Positions 16,436 to 24,166 of a stretch of DNA of 43,898 nt are shown one piece after another. The stretch is taken from the IMG/VR virus record IMGVR_UViG_3300031233_000001, one strand, 5' to 3'. The notes beneath the pieces are model-generated. The model ran no database searches, was not told where the DNA came from, and saw nothing but the letters and a program-made list of their open reading frames with translations. The stretch's first letter is position 1, and the number at the start of each line of letters is the position of its first letter. The translations under genes and the position numbers were made by a program. Source of the DNA: a virus.

Positions 16436-16464
16436 TTGACATCGCCGTGAGGTGCGCCTAAGCT
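16436..16464 (+). promoter_or_regulatory. Candidate sigma70 promoter of the 16.4-kb cassette (TTGACA-N17-TAAGCT)
   Basis: Perfect -35 at 16436-16441, a 17-nt spacer, TAAGCT at 16459-16464, then the leader TCCACACCACAGGAG and the ATG at 16491. Confidence 0.45.
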
Positions 16465-16490
16465 TCATCCACACCACAGGAGACAGCGCC

Positions 16491-16691
16491 ATGACCACGA
16501 TGATTCCCGAAGCCAAGTTTTGCACCCACCAGGCGGTCAACGGCCGTCATTATGGCGTTTTCGTGGTAATGGGCCATCGCTGGTCGGAAACGGTCGGCGA
16601 GCACATCTACGGCGTGGTGCAGGTCAACGAGAAGGGTAAGCCGGTCAGTCGCGAAATGAACATGGTTGAATCCGCGCTCACGGCGGCTTAG
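16491..16691 (+). CDS. Hypothetical protein (66 aa)
   Basis: ATG at 16491 with an AGGAG site 8 nt upstream. Preferred over the GTG at 16452, which lies inside the predicted promoter. Confidence 0.5.
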   Translation: MTTMIPEAKFCTHQAVNGRHYGVFVVMGHRWSETVGEHIYGVVQVNEKGKPVSREMNMVESALTAA

Positions 16692-16693
16692 CC

Positions 16694-16984
16694 GTGAGCT
16701 GGCCCTGTCGCTGCCGCCGCAAAGCCTGCCAGGCCCGCCAGACGATCCGCTGGCACCCTGAGTCCTATGTGCGTCCGCCTAAGTGCCGGCACTGCGGCAA
16801 AGGGCTGCTACGGGTCGACGGGTGGCGCCAGGCGCACGAGCGGCACCGCAAGGACACTTGCCGGCCCGACCGTTCGGGCTGCCAGGGTTATCACTTTCCG
16901 CATCGGCGCGGCTCGCGCTGGTGCGACCACAATCCGGCCCTGACACCGGCCATGCTAGAGGAACGCGAACGATGGACACGCTGA
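16694..16984 (+). CDS. Cys/His-rich putative zinc-binding protein (96 aa)
   Basis: CRCRRKAC...CRHCG...C.GYHFPHRRGSRWCDH. GTG start. Confidence 0.5.
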   Translation: MSWPCRCRRKACQARQTIRWHPESYVRPPKCRHCGKGLLRVDGWRQAHERHRKDTCRPDRSGCQGYHFPHRRGSRWCDHNPALTPAMLEERERWTR

Positions 16985-16985
16985 T

Positions 16986-17405
16986 ATGAGCACCGCCCTG
17001 CAGCTCAACCCGCCACTGCCGATGACCTGCCCAAAGGGCGAAGGCTTCGCGCACCTGCTGATCGACTACGGCCCGGAATCAGATCTGTACTGGACGATCT
17101 TCATCACCGAGACCGGCGAGGTCTGGACGTACGCCAACCGGCACGTGCGGGCCAGCAAGAACATCACGCTAGGCCGCACGCTAGCGCCGAAGGCTGCGCC
17201 CGCGCCCGCTGTCGAGTCCGACGACGAGCTGCGCGAGCGCTTGCTAGGCATCATGGCGGGCTGCGGCGCTGCGGCCGAACGGGCTGCGGCCGTCCAAGTA
17301 GCTAGCGGTGCAGCATTGGATGAGGTTGCGGGGCTTTATGGCATCCGGCGCCGCACGCCTGCGCCTACGTACTTTAGTGGTCCGCCCTATGGCGGCCCAC
17401 GATGA
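16986..17405 (+). CDS. Hypothetical protein (139 aa)
   Basis: Tightly packed, starting 2 nt after the upstream stop. Confidence 0.5.
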   Translation: MSTALQLNPPLPMTCPKGEGFAHLLIDYGPESDLYWTIFITETGEVWTYANRHVRASKNITLGRTLAPKAAPAPAVESDDELRERLLGIMAGCGAAAERAAAVQVASGAALDEVAGLYGIRRRTPAPTYFSGPPYGGPR

Positions 17406-17617
17406 ACAAGCCGCATCTCACCAAGTCAAAACACTACCCAGCATGGTACTGCGCGGATGGTCGCTGGTGTGGTTGCGGCCCGACCGCGCAGGCTGCCTTT
17501 ATTGCTTGGCGCATGCGGACGCCTGGTGACAGTTGGGTCCATAACCAACCAAGTGCTATCCAAAGCCGCTGGTTGCATGCTACGGGTGGGGGAGTCGTGC
17601 GCATCACCGTGTCATAA
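17402..17617 (+). CDS. Hypothetical protein (71 aa)
   Basis: ATGA overlap with the upstream gene. Followed by a hairpin terminator. Confidence 0.45.
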   Translation: MNKPHLTKSKHYPAWYCADGRWCGCGPTAQAAFIAWRMRTPGDSWVHNQPSAIQSRWLHATGGGVVRITVS

Positions 17618-17620
17618 AGA

Positions 17621-17642
17621 AAGGCCGCCTTGCGGCGGCCTT
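17621..17642 (+). terminator. Hairpin terminator after the four-gene cluster
   Basis: Stem aaggccgcc/ggcggcctt with loop ttgc, followed by a weak T-tract (ttcctgtt). Confidence 0.45.
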
Positions 17643-17759
17643 CCTGTTCGAGCTGCGGCGGCGCCCACTCCGCCGGAGGTCTCAAACGACACTAGCATAT
17701 CAAACTGAGTGCTGTGCTAAGCATTGCGCCCCACGCGTCAGACGTGATAACCTGAAGCC

Positions 17760-19277
17760 ATGAACGCACCTATCACCACAGAAACCTGGCTGGCTCGTTT
17801 CGCCGCAAAACACGGCGACCGCTACACCTATCCGCCGCAGACGATCCACGGCGGCAAGGCCAAGATCACCATCATCTGTCCGGATCACGGACCCTTCAAG
17901 CAAGCGGCGGGCAAGCACGCTGAAGGCGACCATTGCCGAGAATGCAGCTACATCGCGCGCGGTGATAGGCAGCGCTTCGACACGCCAGCTTGGATCGTCA
18001 AAGCCCGCGCAGTGCATGGTGACCTGTATGACTATAGCCACGTGGAATATCGCGGCGATCAGCTATGTGTGGCGATAGGCTGTGCAGCGCACGGTCCTTT
18101 CAAGCAGGTAGCAGGCTGGCACACACAGGGGCGAGGCTGCCCCGCATGCGGAAACCTGCGCAAAGCAGCGGGGCGCCAGAAAGACTTGGCGCATTTCGTG
18201 GAACGTGCGCGCGCCGCCCATGGCGACAAATACAACTACTCGCAGACGGTCTACCGCCAGGCACTCGACAAAGTCACCATCGTCTGCCCTAAACACGGAC
18301 CATTCGAGCAGACTCCTGCAAACCACGGACACGGCTACGGGTGCCAAAAATGCGTCAGCGGCGCCCCTTCACCGACCGAGTGCGACCTGTTCGCTTTCGT
18401 GCAGGCGCTCTGTCCTGACGCCTACCAGTCCGATCGGACCATCATCAAGCCGAAAGAACTAGACATCGTCGTGCCGTCGCGTGGCGTAGCTATTGAGCTA
18501 AATGACGTGTACTGGCATTCCGATCGGCGCACGCGCGAGCGGGCCGCAGCACGTATTAAGCATCAAGCGTGCAAGGCTGCGGGCTACCGGCTGATCGCCA
18601 TTGCCTGCAAGGACTGGACCGAGCGGCGGGCGCCTTTCGAGAATCTGCTACGGGCGGCGCTGGGCTGCGACAACCGTCCGGCGCTGCATGCTCGCGATTG
18701 CACGGTTGAGCCGATTCCTAATACCGAAACGGTAGCGTTTCTCGATCGTCACCACCCGCAGCAGCCGGGCGCAGTCTATGCACACCGGTTCGGACTCGTG
18801 CACCCCGCGCACGGCCTGGTCGCGGTGATGACGTTAGCTAAGGACGCTTATGACCGCAACCGCGTCGAGTCGGGCGTGTGGGATCTCACGCGGTTCGCTA
18901 CGTCAGCGCGCGTGCGGGGCGGCGCATCCAAGTTATTCGCGCACGCCGTGCGCACGCTGGGCTGCCGCGAAGTTGTTTCCTACTCCGCCAACGACTGGTT
19001 CGACGGCGGCACGTACGCACACATGGGCTTCGAGCTGGCGCGCGAGATCCCGCCTGACTATCGCGTGTATCACCATGCACTCGGCTTCCGGCCTAAGAGT
19101 TCCTGGGCCCGTAAACAACTGCCGGCGCGGCTGCGACAGATAGGCCGCACCGACTTGGCATTCGATCCCGCGACTGATCTCCGTACCGAATGGGACATCG
19201 AGGACGCCGTGAACGCTTTTCGCATGTGGGACAGCGGGAAGAAACTGTGGCGTTGGATGCAGAAAGGCCCGGCATGA
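17760..19277 (+). CDS. Multidomain nuclease-like protein: three zinc-ribbon repeats, a PD-(D/E)XK (Vsr/DUF559-like) core and a C-terminal domain of unknown function
   Basis: Three repeats of HGD.Y.Y...I.CP.HG.F.Q....H..G.GC..C. Nuclease-like ELDIVVPSRGVAIELNDVYWHSD. The C-terminal 200 aa (FLDRHH...RFATS..VRGGASKLF...SYSANDWFDGGTYAHMGF) may have a GNAT-like fold; that is inference. Confidence 0.6.
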   Translation: MNAPITTETWLARFAAKHGDRYTYPPQTIHGGKAKITIICPDHGPFKQAAGKHAEGDHCRECSYIARGDRQRFDTPAWIVKARAVHGDLYDYSHVEYRGDQLCVAIGCAAHGPFKQVAGWHTQGRGCPACGNLRKAAGRQKDLAHFVERARAAHGDKYNYSQTVYRQALDKVTIVCPKHGPFEQTPANHGHGYGCQKCVSGAPSPTECDLFAFVQALCPDAYQSDRTIIKPKELDIVVPSRGVAIELNDVYWHSDRRTRERAAARIKHQACKAAGYRLIAIACKDWTERRAPFENLLRAALGCDNRPALHARDCTVEPIPNTETVAFLDRHHPQQPGAVYAHRFGLVHPAHGLVAVMTLAKDAYDRNRVESGVWDLTRFATSARVRGGASKLFAHAVRTLGCREVVSYSANDWFDGGTYAHMGFELAREIPPDYRVYHHALGFRPKSSWARKQLPARLRQIGRTDLAFDPATDLRTEWDIEDAVNAFRMWDSGKKLWRWMQKGPA

Positions 19278-19289
19278 GCCGGGCCTTTC
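19262..19289. terminator. Bidirectional terminator between the 505-aa gene (+) and the major capsid gene (-)
   Basis: 11-bp stem gaaaggcccgg/ccgggcctttc with a 6-nt loop containing the TGA of the + gene. T-runs on both strands. Confidence 0.6.
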
Positions 19290-19313
19290 TAAACGTTAAA
19301 CTATCGTTAACGA

Positions 19314-20327
19314 CTACACCCCAAGGGTCTGTGCACACGCCAGAGGACGAAAGATCACTGCACCCCACGATCCGGCGCTTTTCTTCTGGCGGTAGTACGA
19401 GCTGTACGTCTCGATCGCATGCGCGCGCATCTTCTCGGTAAACGAACAGGTTGCCGATTCCTGACCCTCGATGACCGGTGCCCACAGCTGCACCAGGCGG
19501 CCGGCAGCCGTGTCGAACTCCGGCACGGTGACGATGGACATCTTGGGGAACGCGTCGCGAATCAGCTTGGCGGCGGACAGACCATAGATGTTCGTGTTGT
19601 TGAGGTTGGCTGCTGCGCTCGGAGCGACGGCCAGGCGCAGCTCGTCTTCCTGCTCGATGATGCCCGCCGACTGGGTGACCAGCTGGCCGTACCTGGTCAC
19701 GATGTCGTTGTAGATCGCATCCGGGGTTGCGGTTGCCCAGTTGACCGGAGCGGCTACCGGGGCCACGAGGCGCGGGTCGTTGGTCAGGCCGTAATTCTGC
19801 AGGCCAGCCACGCCGAACAGGTACGTTGAGTTCAGGAACTTGGCGATACCCAGCGCGCTGGAATAGTTGAGCTGGGCGGCCCAATCCACACGGCCCGCGC
19901 CGGCCATGGCCAGCTCGCGCTGACCCCAACGGGTCCAGGTCTGGAAGAAGTAGGACTGGCGCTGCGGATAGTTGACGTTCGTGTTGCTGGTGCCGTCCGA
20001 CGAATAGTCGCCGTAGGTGGCGACACGTGTGGTCGGCTCAGCCTGGATGAAGGCAGCCGTCAAGGTGGTCCAGTCGCCCTTCTTGGACTCGCTGACAATC
20101 TCGGCGGCCTTCATCGGGGCGACGAGGACTTCGATCACCTTTGGGTCAACGTAGGTGGTCAGGAACGTGGGGATACCCGCGTTCGGGGTGCCGATAAGGG
20201 TCGGCGTCAGGCTCGCTGCGTCCATCGCGTAAGCACTGGAGGGGGTCGAGATGTCGGTCACACCCGGGGCCAGCACGACACCGCGCGAGGCAAGCTGGGC
20301 GATAAGCTGAGAGTCTTTCATGGTCAT
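19314..20327 (-). CDS. Major capsid protein (338 aa)
   Basis: Position after the protease/scaffold and decoration-like genes. Start ATG at 20327 with an AAGGGA ribosome-binding site. Followed by a strong terminator. Family not verified. Confidence 0.7.
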   Translation of the reverse strand: MTMKDSQLIAQLASRGVVLAPGVTDISTPSSAYAMDAASLTPTLIGTPNAGIPTFLTTYVDPKVIEVLVAPMKAAEIVSESKKGDWTTLTAAFIQAEPTTRVATYGDYSSDGTSNTNVNYPQRQSYFFQTWTRWGQRELAMAGAGRVDWAAQLNYSSALGIAKFLNSTYLFGVAGLQNYGLTNDPRLVAPVAAPVNWATATPDAIYNDIVTRYGQLVTQSAGIIEQEDELRLAVAPSAAANLNNTNIYGLSAAKLIRDAFPKMSIVTVPEFDTAAGRLVQLWAPVIEGQESATCSFTEKMRAHAIETYSSYYRQKKSAGSWGAVIFRPLACAQTLGV

Positions 20328-20334
20328 GTGTCCC

Positions 20335-20835
20335 TTATGCGCCCGTGTTGCTGATGATGACGGTGGCGCCCACCGTCGCCGACTCACTGACCAGCGTGTA
20401 GCCGGTGTCGATGAGGTTGCCGGCGATCGTGGCGCCGATGTTGATGAGGCCGGTGGTAAAATCCCACGCGATTAGTGCGCCGCGCGTCGGTGAGCCGGTG
20501 ATGGCGTCGGCCTTCACGAACCAGTCACCCGTGCCGAACAGCGACACCGGCTGGCCCGGCTGGATCGTGTATCCCGACTCGGCCAGATAGGTCACGATCT
20601 GCGCGTTATTCACGCGGTTCACGAAGCCCAGGCGCTGGATCGGTGCCGGGGTCACGCCCGGAATGGAGGTGACGGTGCCGTCGGTGTTGAGCACGGCGAA
20701 GCGGCCCACACTGACACCTGATGCGTCGGCCACGCACTTACCGGCGCCCGACAGCTTGAAGACCATCGGGTTAGTCGACGCGAAATCGCCGGGGACTGCC
20801 TGGGCCGGATTGATGTACACCTGATTCTGAAACAT
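20335..20835 (-). CDS. Head decoration/cement-like protein (166 aa)
   Basis: ATG at 20835 with an AAGGAAAAAA ribosome-binding site. Small beta-rich protein between the scaffold and capsid genes. Inference from position. Confidence 0.45.
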   Translation of the reverse strand: MFQNQVYINPAQAVPGDFASTNPMVFKLSGAGKCVADASGVSVGRFAVLNTDGTVTSIPGVTPAPIQRLGFVNRVNNAQIVTYLAESGYTIQPGQPVSLFGTGDWFVKADAITGSPTRGALIAWDFTTGLINIGATIAGNLIDTGYTLVSESATVGATVIISNTGA

Positions 20836-20849
20836 GGTTGTTTTTTCCT

Positions 20850-22223
20850 TTAGCCCAGGTTGCGGATCTTGGAGAGGGAGGCTAGCACGCCGTTCTGGTA
20901 AGTCGTGACACCAGCGGAATCCATAGCCATCTCGGTCTGTTGGCGCACACCGGCCGCGCGGCCAGCGGTCGCCACGTAGGTGTCCCACGCCACGCGCGCC
21001 TGGCCCTTAGGCACATTCGCCGGGTCGATGCCCACGGTCTTGAGCGCTTCGCGGTAGATGCCGGCGGCGCTGTCCATGGCGATGACATCGCCGAGCACGC
21101 CACGCGTGACACGCTTGGCACGCTCCACACCCGCCGCACGCTCGCGTTCCTGCTTAAGCGCAGCAGCGACAGCGGTCTGGGTGTGCTTGCGCACAGCGGC
21201 GTCCATAGCGATGGTCTTACCGCCACGCGCCGGGGTGCCTTCCTGCTCGGCCTGCTTGGGCATGGGGTATTCACCCTCCTCGTCCATCGCGCCTTCGCCT
21301 TCGCCTTCGCCTTCCTTGGCCTCGTCCTCGGCGCCCTTGGACTTCACGGCCGGATCCAGCTCGCCGTCTTCCGCCTCGCGGCCTTCCTTCTTGGTCGGAT
21401 CCTCGTCCTCGGCGTTTTCAGCGTTGGCGGCATTGGCCATCGGCTCAGCCGCGGGCTTCGCTTCGCCCGCGTTGCCGCCCAGCTTGCCGTGGATATTCTC
21501 CAGCAAACCGGCAATGTGCTTGAGCGCCTGGCCTACCTGGGCCATTGCGGAATCTTCGTGATTTTCGCCTGCAGCCGAGCCGGGAGGCCCACCTGCCGGG
21601 AGGTTATTCTCACCTGCCATTTCGTCTACTCCTTGCATGGATGGGTTCGGCCCTTGCGGGTCAAATAGTGCGCTATCGGCGACGTGCGCGCCACTAGCGC
21701 GTCCGTCGTCGACCAGTGCGACGTGGTTGCCTTCGATATTGCGCATTACGCCATCGTGGCGCCGGCCGTTCACTTCGCCGGCCTGCATATCGGGCTTGTA
21801 ACGGTAACCGCACGACAGATCGGTCATGGCTTCGGATTCGATCAGGTCAATGGCCTTGCCATCGGATACGAGCAAATCGCCGCGCAGGTGCTTGCCGTCA
21901 AATTTGACCGAATGGACCGCGCCGGCCTGATATTCCTTGCGCGGGTCGTCGGCGGTCTGCGGGATGTGCTTGATCATCAACGGCACGCCCTCGAAGGTCG
22001 ACGCCGCCCTGGCCATCTCGTCCGGGTCGCGATACAGGTCATAGACGTGATTGGGTTTGAGGCCCAACTGGTCATAGCCTGGGATCTCCGAGCCGCGGTA
22101 AGGGTTAATTTCCGCCGTGGACAGAATGCAGTTCTTGACGCGCATCCGGCCATCCGCGTCGCGGCTGCGCGCGGTCTGCTTATCGAAAGCAAATATGATG
22201 CGGTTATCAGGCATGCGTCGCAT
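20850..22223 (-). CDS. Prohead protease/scaffold fusion-like protein
   Basis: The N-terminal domain (PDNRIIFAFDK...GVPLMIKH...GNHVALVDDGRA) resembles DUF2213-type prohead proteases. Acidic E/G/A-rich scaffold-like C-terminal half. The start is uncertain (22223 or 22214). Confidence 0.6.
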   Translation of the reverse strand: MRRMPDNRIIFAFDKQTARSRDADGRMRVKNCILSTAEINPYRGSEIPGYDQLGLKPNHVYDLYRDPDEMARAASTFEGVPLMIKHIPQTADDPRKEYQAGAVHSVKFDGKHLRGDLLVSDGKAIDLIESEAMTDLSCGYRYKPDMQAGEVNGRRHDGVMRNIEGNHVALVDDGRASGAHVADSALFDPQGPNPSMQGVDEMAGENNLPAGGPPGSAAGENHEDSAMAQVGQALKHIAGLLENIHGKLGGNAGEAKPAAEPMANAANAENAEDEDPTKKEGREAEDGELDPAVKSKGAEDEAKEGEGEGEGAMDEEGEYPMPKQAEQEGTPARGGKTIAMDAAVRKHTQTAVAAALKQERERAAGVERAKRVTRGVLGDVIAMDSAAGIYREALKTVGIDPANVPKGQARVAWDTYVATAGRAAGVRQQTEMAMDSAGVTTYQNGVLASLSKIRNLG

Positions 22224-22266
22224 GGTAGCTAAGCGCGCACGCGTGCGCAATTAGTGAACGTGCGAG

Positions 22267-22295
22267 TTTATGCTGTCAAGGTGTTGACACGTCAA
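22267..22295 (-). promoter_or_regulatory. Candidate promoter for the protease-to-capsid unit (TTGACG-N17-CATAAA)
   Basis: On the minus strand, the -35 is at 22295-22290 and the -10 at 22272-22267. It sits back to back with, and overlaps, the + strand promoter. Confidence 0.35.
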
Positions 22296-22312
22296 TCTAA
22301 GAGTGTGAGAAT
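22284..22312 (+). promoter_or_regulatory. Candidate strong sigma70 promoter of the low-GC cassette (TTGACA-N17-TGtGAGAAT)
   Basis: Perfect -35 at 22284-22289, a 17-nt spacer ending in an extended -10 TG, and GAGAAT at 22307-22312. Confidence 0.5.
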
Positions 22313-22340
22313 GCCTTTACCATCCACCATAGGGCTAGAC

Positions 22341-22613
22341 ATGAACGCGAAGTTTGAGAAGTGGTACATCGACCTGATTAGCAACAAGCTAGCCCGTGCG
22401 CACAACAATCCTCTAGGTATGCCTACAGATGGCGACATGCGCCGGGCTATGGAGATGGGCTGGCAAGCTGCCATCCAGTCCCTTGAGGTGACGCCTGAGT
22501 TGTCGTCGATTGCTCACGAGGCGTATTCGGTAAAGCTTGTGTCTGGTGCGCACACGGCATACGAGTGCTGGGATGCTGCCCTCACCGCCGTATTCAACGC
22601 GATCAAGGAGTAG
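22341..22613 (+). CDS. Hypothetical protein (90 aa)
   Basis: The ATG at 22341 is downstream of the predicted promoter, whereas the track start at 22254 would precede it. Leader CATCCACCATAGGG. Confidence 0.5.
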   Translation: MNAKFEKWYIDLISNKLARAHNNPLGMPTDGDMRRAMEMGWQAAIQSLEVTPELSSIAHEAYSVKLVSGAHTAYECWDAALTAVFNAIKE

Positions 22614-22618
22614 GCGAA

Positions 22619-23164
22619 ATGAGTGAAATTATCGAATTCATTGAGTTTCCTAAGCTGGCTAGACTGGCTCGGGAAATCGTCGTTACAGAAAAGTTAGACG
22701 GCACGAATGCTCAGATTTATATCACTGAAGACGGACTTCTGTTGCCCGGAAGTCGAACACGATGGATCACGCCTAAAGATGACAACTTCGGCTTTGCTGC
22801 GTGGGTAAACGAGAACCGCGATGAAATATTGAAGCTTGGTCCGGGCCGCCATTTTGGCGAGTGGTGGGGCTGCGGCATTCAGCGGGGGTATGGCCTGAGA
22901 GAGAAACGATTTTCTCTTTTTAACGTGACTAGATGGGACGGCGATGGCCGCCCTTCATGCTGCCACGTTGTTCCGACACTGTATCGAGGCGAATTCAGTC
23001 AGGAATCCATCAACGCCGCCCTGTCTGAGTTGGCGATGAATGGTAGCCGCGCAGTTCCTGGCTTCACTAAGCCCGAAGGGGTAGTGGTTTTTCACGTTGC
23101 CGCTGGGGTTGGATTCAAAAAGACCATCGAGAAAGACGACGTGCCGAAAGGGATGCAGCGATGA
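22619..23164 (+). CDS. ATP-dependent RNA-ligase-like nucleotidyltransferase (181 aa)
   Basis: Motif I EKLDGTN, motif III HFGEWWG, motif IV PEGVVVF, motif V GFKKTIEKD. AGGAG ribosome-binding site 8 nt upstream of the ATG at 22619. Confidence 0.7.
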   Translation: MSEIIEFIEFPKLARLAREIVVTEKLDGTNAQIYITEDGLLLPGSRTRWITPKDDNFGFAAWVNENRDEILKLGPGRHFGEWWGCGIQRGYGLREKRFSLFNVTRWDGDGRPSCCHVVPTLYRGEFSQESINAALSELAMNGSRAVPGFTKPEGVVVFHVAAGVGFKKTIEKDDVPKGMQR

Positions 23165-23520
23165 TAACCCCCGACAACCGCGCTATGCGGGAGCTGGTGG
23201 ATGCGATCAAGAAGGACGCGAATCGCTACCTGAAGGGCGAATGCTCTTACGAAGAATACCTGAGGCTTCATAAGCACGCCGATGCACTGAAAGAAATCCT
23301 TGAGCGTCCCGTGGTGGTTGGTGCCGGTGAGGTTCGCCTTTGGGATACGCAATGGATAAACATCGTCAACCACGACAATTGCTATCGCGACTGGTCGAAG
23401 GATGACGCTATCGCACATGCCGTGAAGATGACTGAGAAAGCTATCGCCCGAAACGTGGCTGACGGGAAATTGCCGCCACGCGAAGAAACGACCGAATCGA
23501 TGGTGAGGGGGAAGTCGTGA
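23161..23520 (+). CDS. Hypothetical protein (119 aa)
   Basis: ATGA overlap with the ligase-like gene. Confidence 0.55.
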   Translation: MITPDNRAMRELVDAIKKDANRYLKGECSYEEYLRLHKHADALKEILERPVVVGAGEVRLWDTQWINIVNHDNCYRDWSKDDAIAHAVKMTEKAIARNVADGKLPPREETTESMVRGKS

Positions 23521-23996
23521 GCGACTTGCTTACCATGAACCAAGTTCTAGAAGTAACCAGTGATTACCCGGGCCGGATGAAGTCGGCTTACGTCCAATGG
23601 TACGGCAGGGGGCGCCGCCAGAACCGGTGCACGCCAGCAAAGGTCTTTGACCCTCTGCACGCTGAGTTCCATTTCACGCTTGACGGCGCGTCGGAGCCTG
23701 GGAACGGCCTGTTGCCACGCGCATCGACCGCTGACGAACAGTTGCCTTGGGCTGGTGAGCGCGTGTTCTGCAATCCACCGTGGTCAAATATCGCACCGTT
23801 CCTTGAACTTGCGCCGGATGCGGAGCTGGCCGTTTTCCTCGTTCCTGCCCGCACTAACGCCCGCTGGTTTCATCGTGCGCTTGAGCTTGGCGCTGTGCCG
23901 CGATTCTTCAAACCTAAGTCGAAGTTCGTTGGCGCACAGCACGTTTCGCCCGTGGACTGCGTACTACTCATATTCAGCAAGGACAACAACCCATGA
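23517..23996 (+). CDS. Phage-type DNA N6-adenine methyltransferase (Dam family)
   Basis: CTPAKVFDPL...FTLDGAS...WAGERVFCNPPWSNIAPF (NPPW catalytic motif). About 160 aa, typical of the small phage Dam family. Confidence 0.75.
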   Translation: MSDLLTMNQVLEVTSDYPGRMKSAYVQWYGRGRRQNRCTPAKVFDPLHAEFHFTLDGASEPGNGLLPRASTADEQLPWAGERVFCNPPWSNIAPFLELAPDAELAVFLVPARTNARWFHRALELGAVPRFFKPKSKFVGAQHVSPVDCVLLIFSKDNNP

Positions 23997-24166
23997 CCGC
24001 CGAACGAGATAGCAGGATGACGTTGGAGCAGGTGCGCGATTCGATTCGTGAGGAATCTAAATTCCAGCGAACCACGAAGCGCCACGTAACGTGCACCTTG
24101 ATGGATATTTGGACCAAAGCTATCGACGCCCACCTATCCCAGTGCGTGGAGAAAGGAAAGATCTAG
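23993..24166 (+). CDS. Small hypothetical protein (57 aa; below the ORF-track cutoff)
   Basis: ATGA overlap with the methylase stop. My own translation is MTAERDSRMTLEQVRDSIREESKFQ...CVEKGKI. Its stop overlaps the stop of the convergent MuF-like gene. Confidence 0.35.
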   Translation: MTAERDSRMTLEQVRDSIREESKFQRTTKRHVTCTLMDIWTKAIDAHLSQCVEKGKI

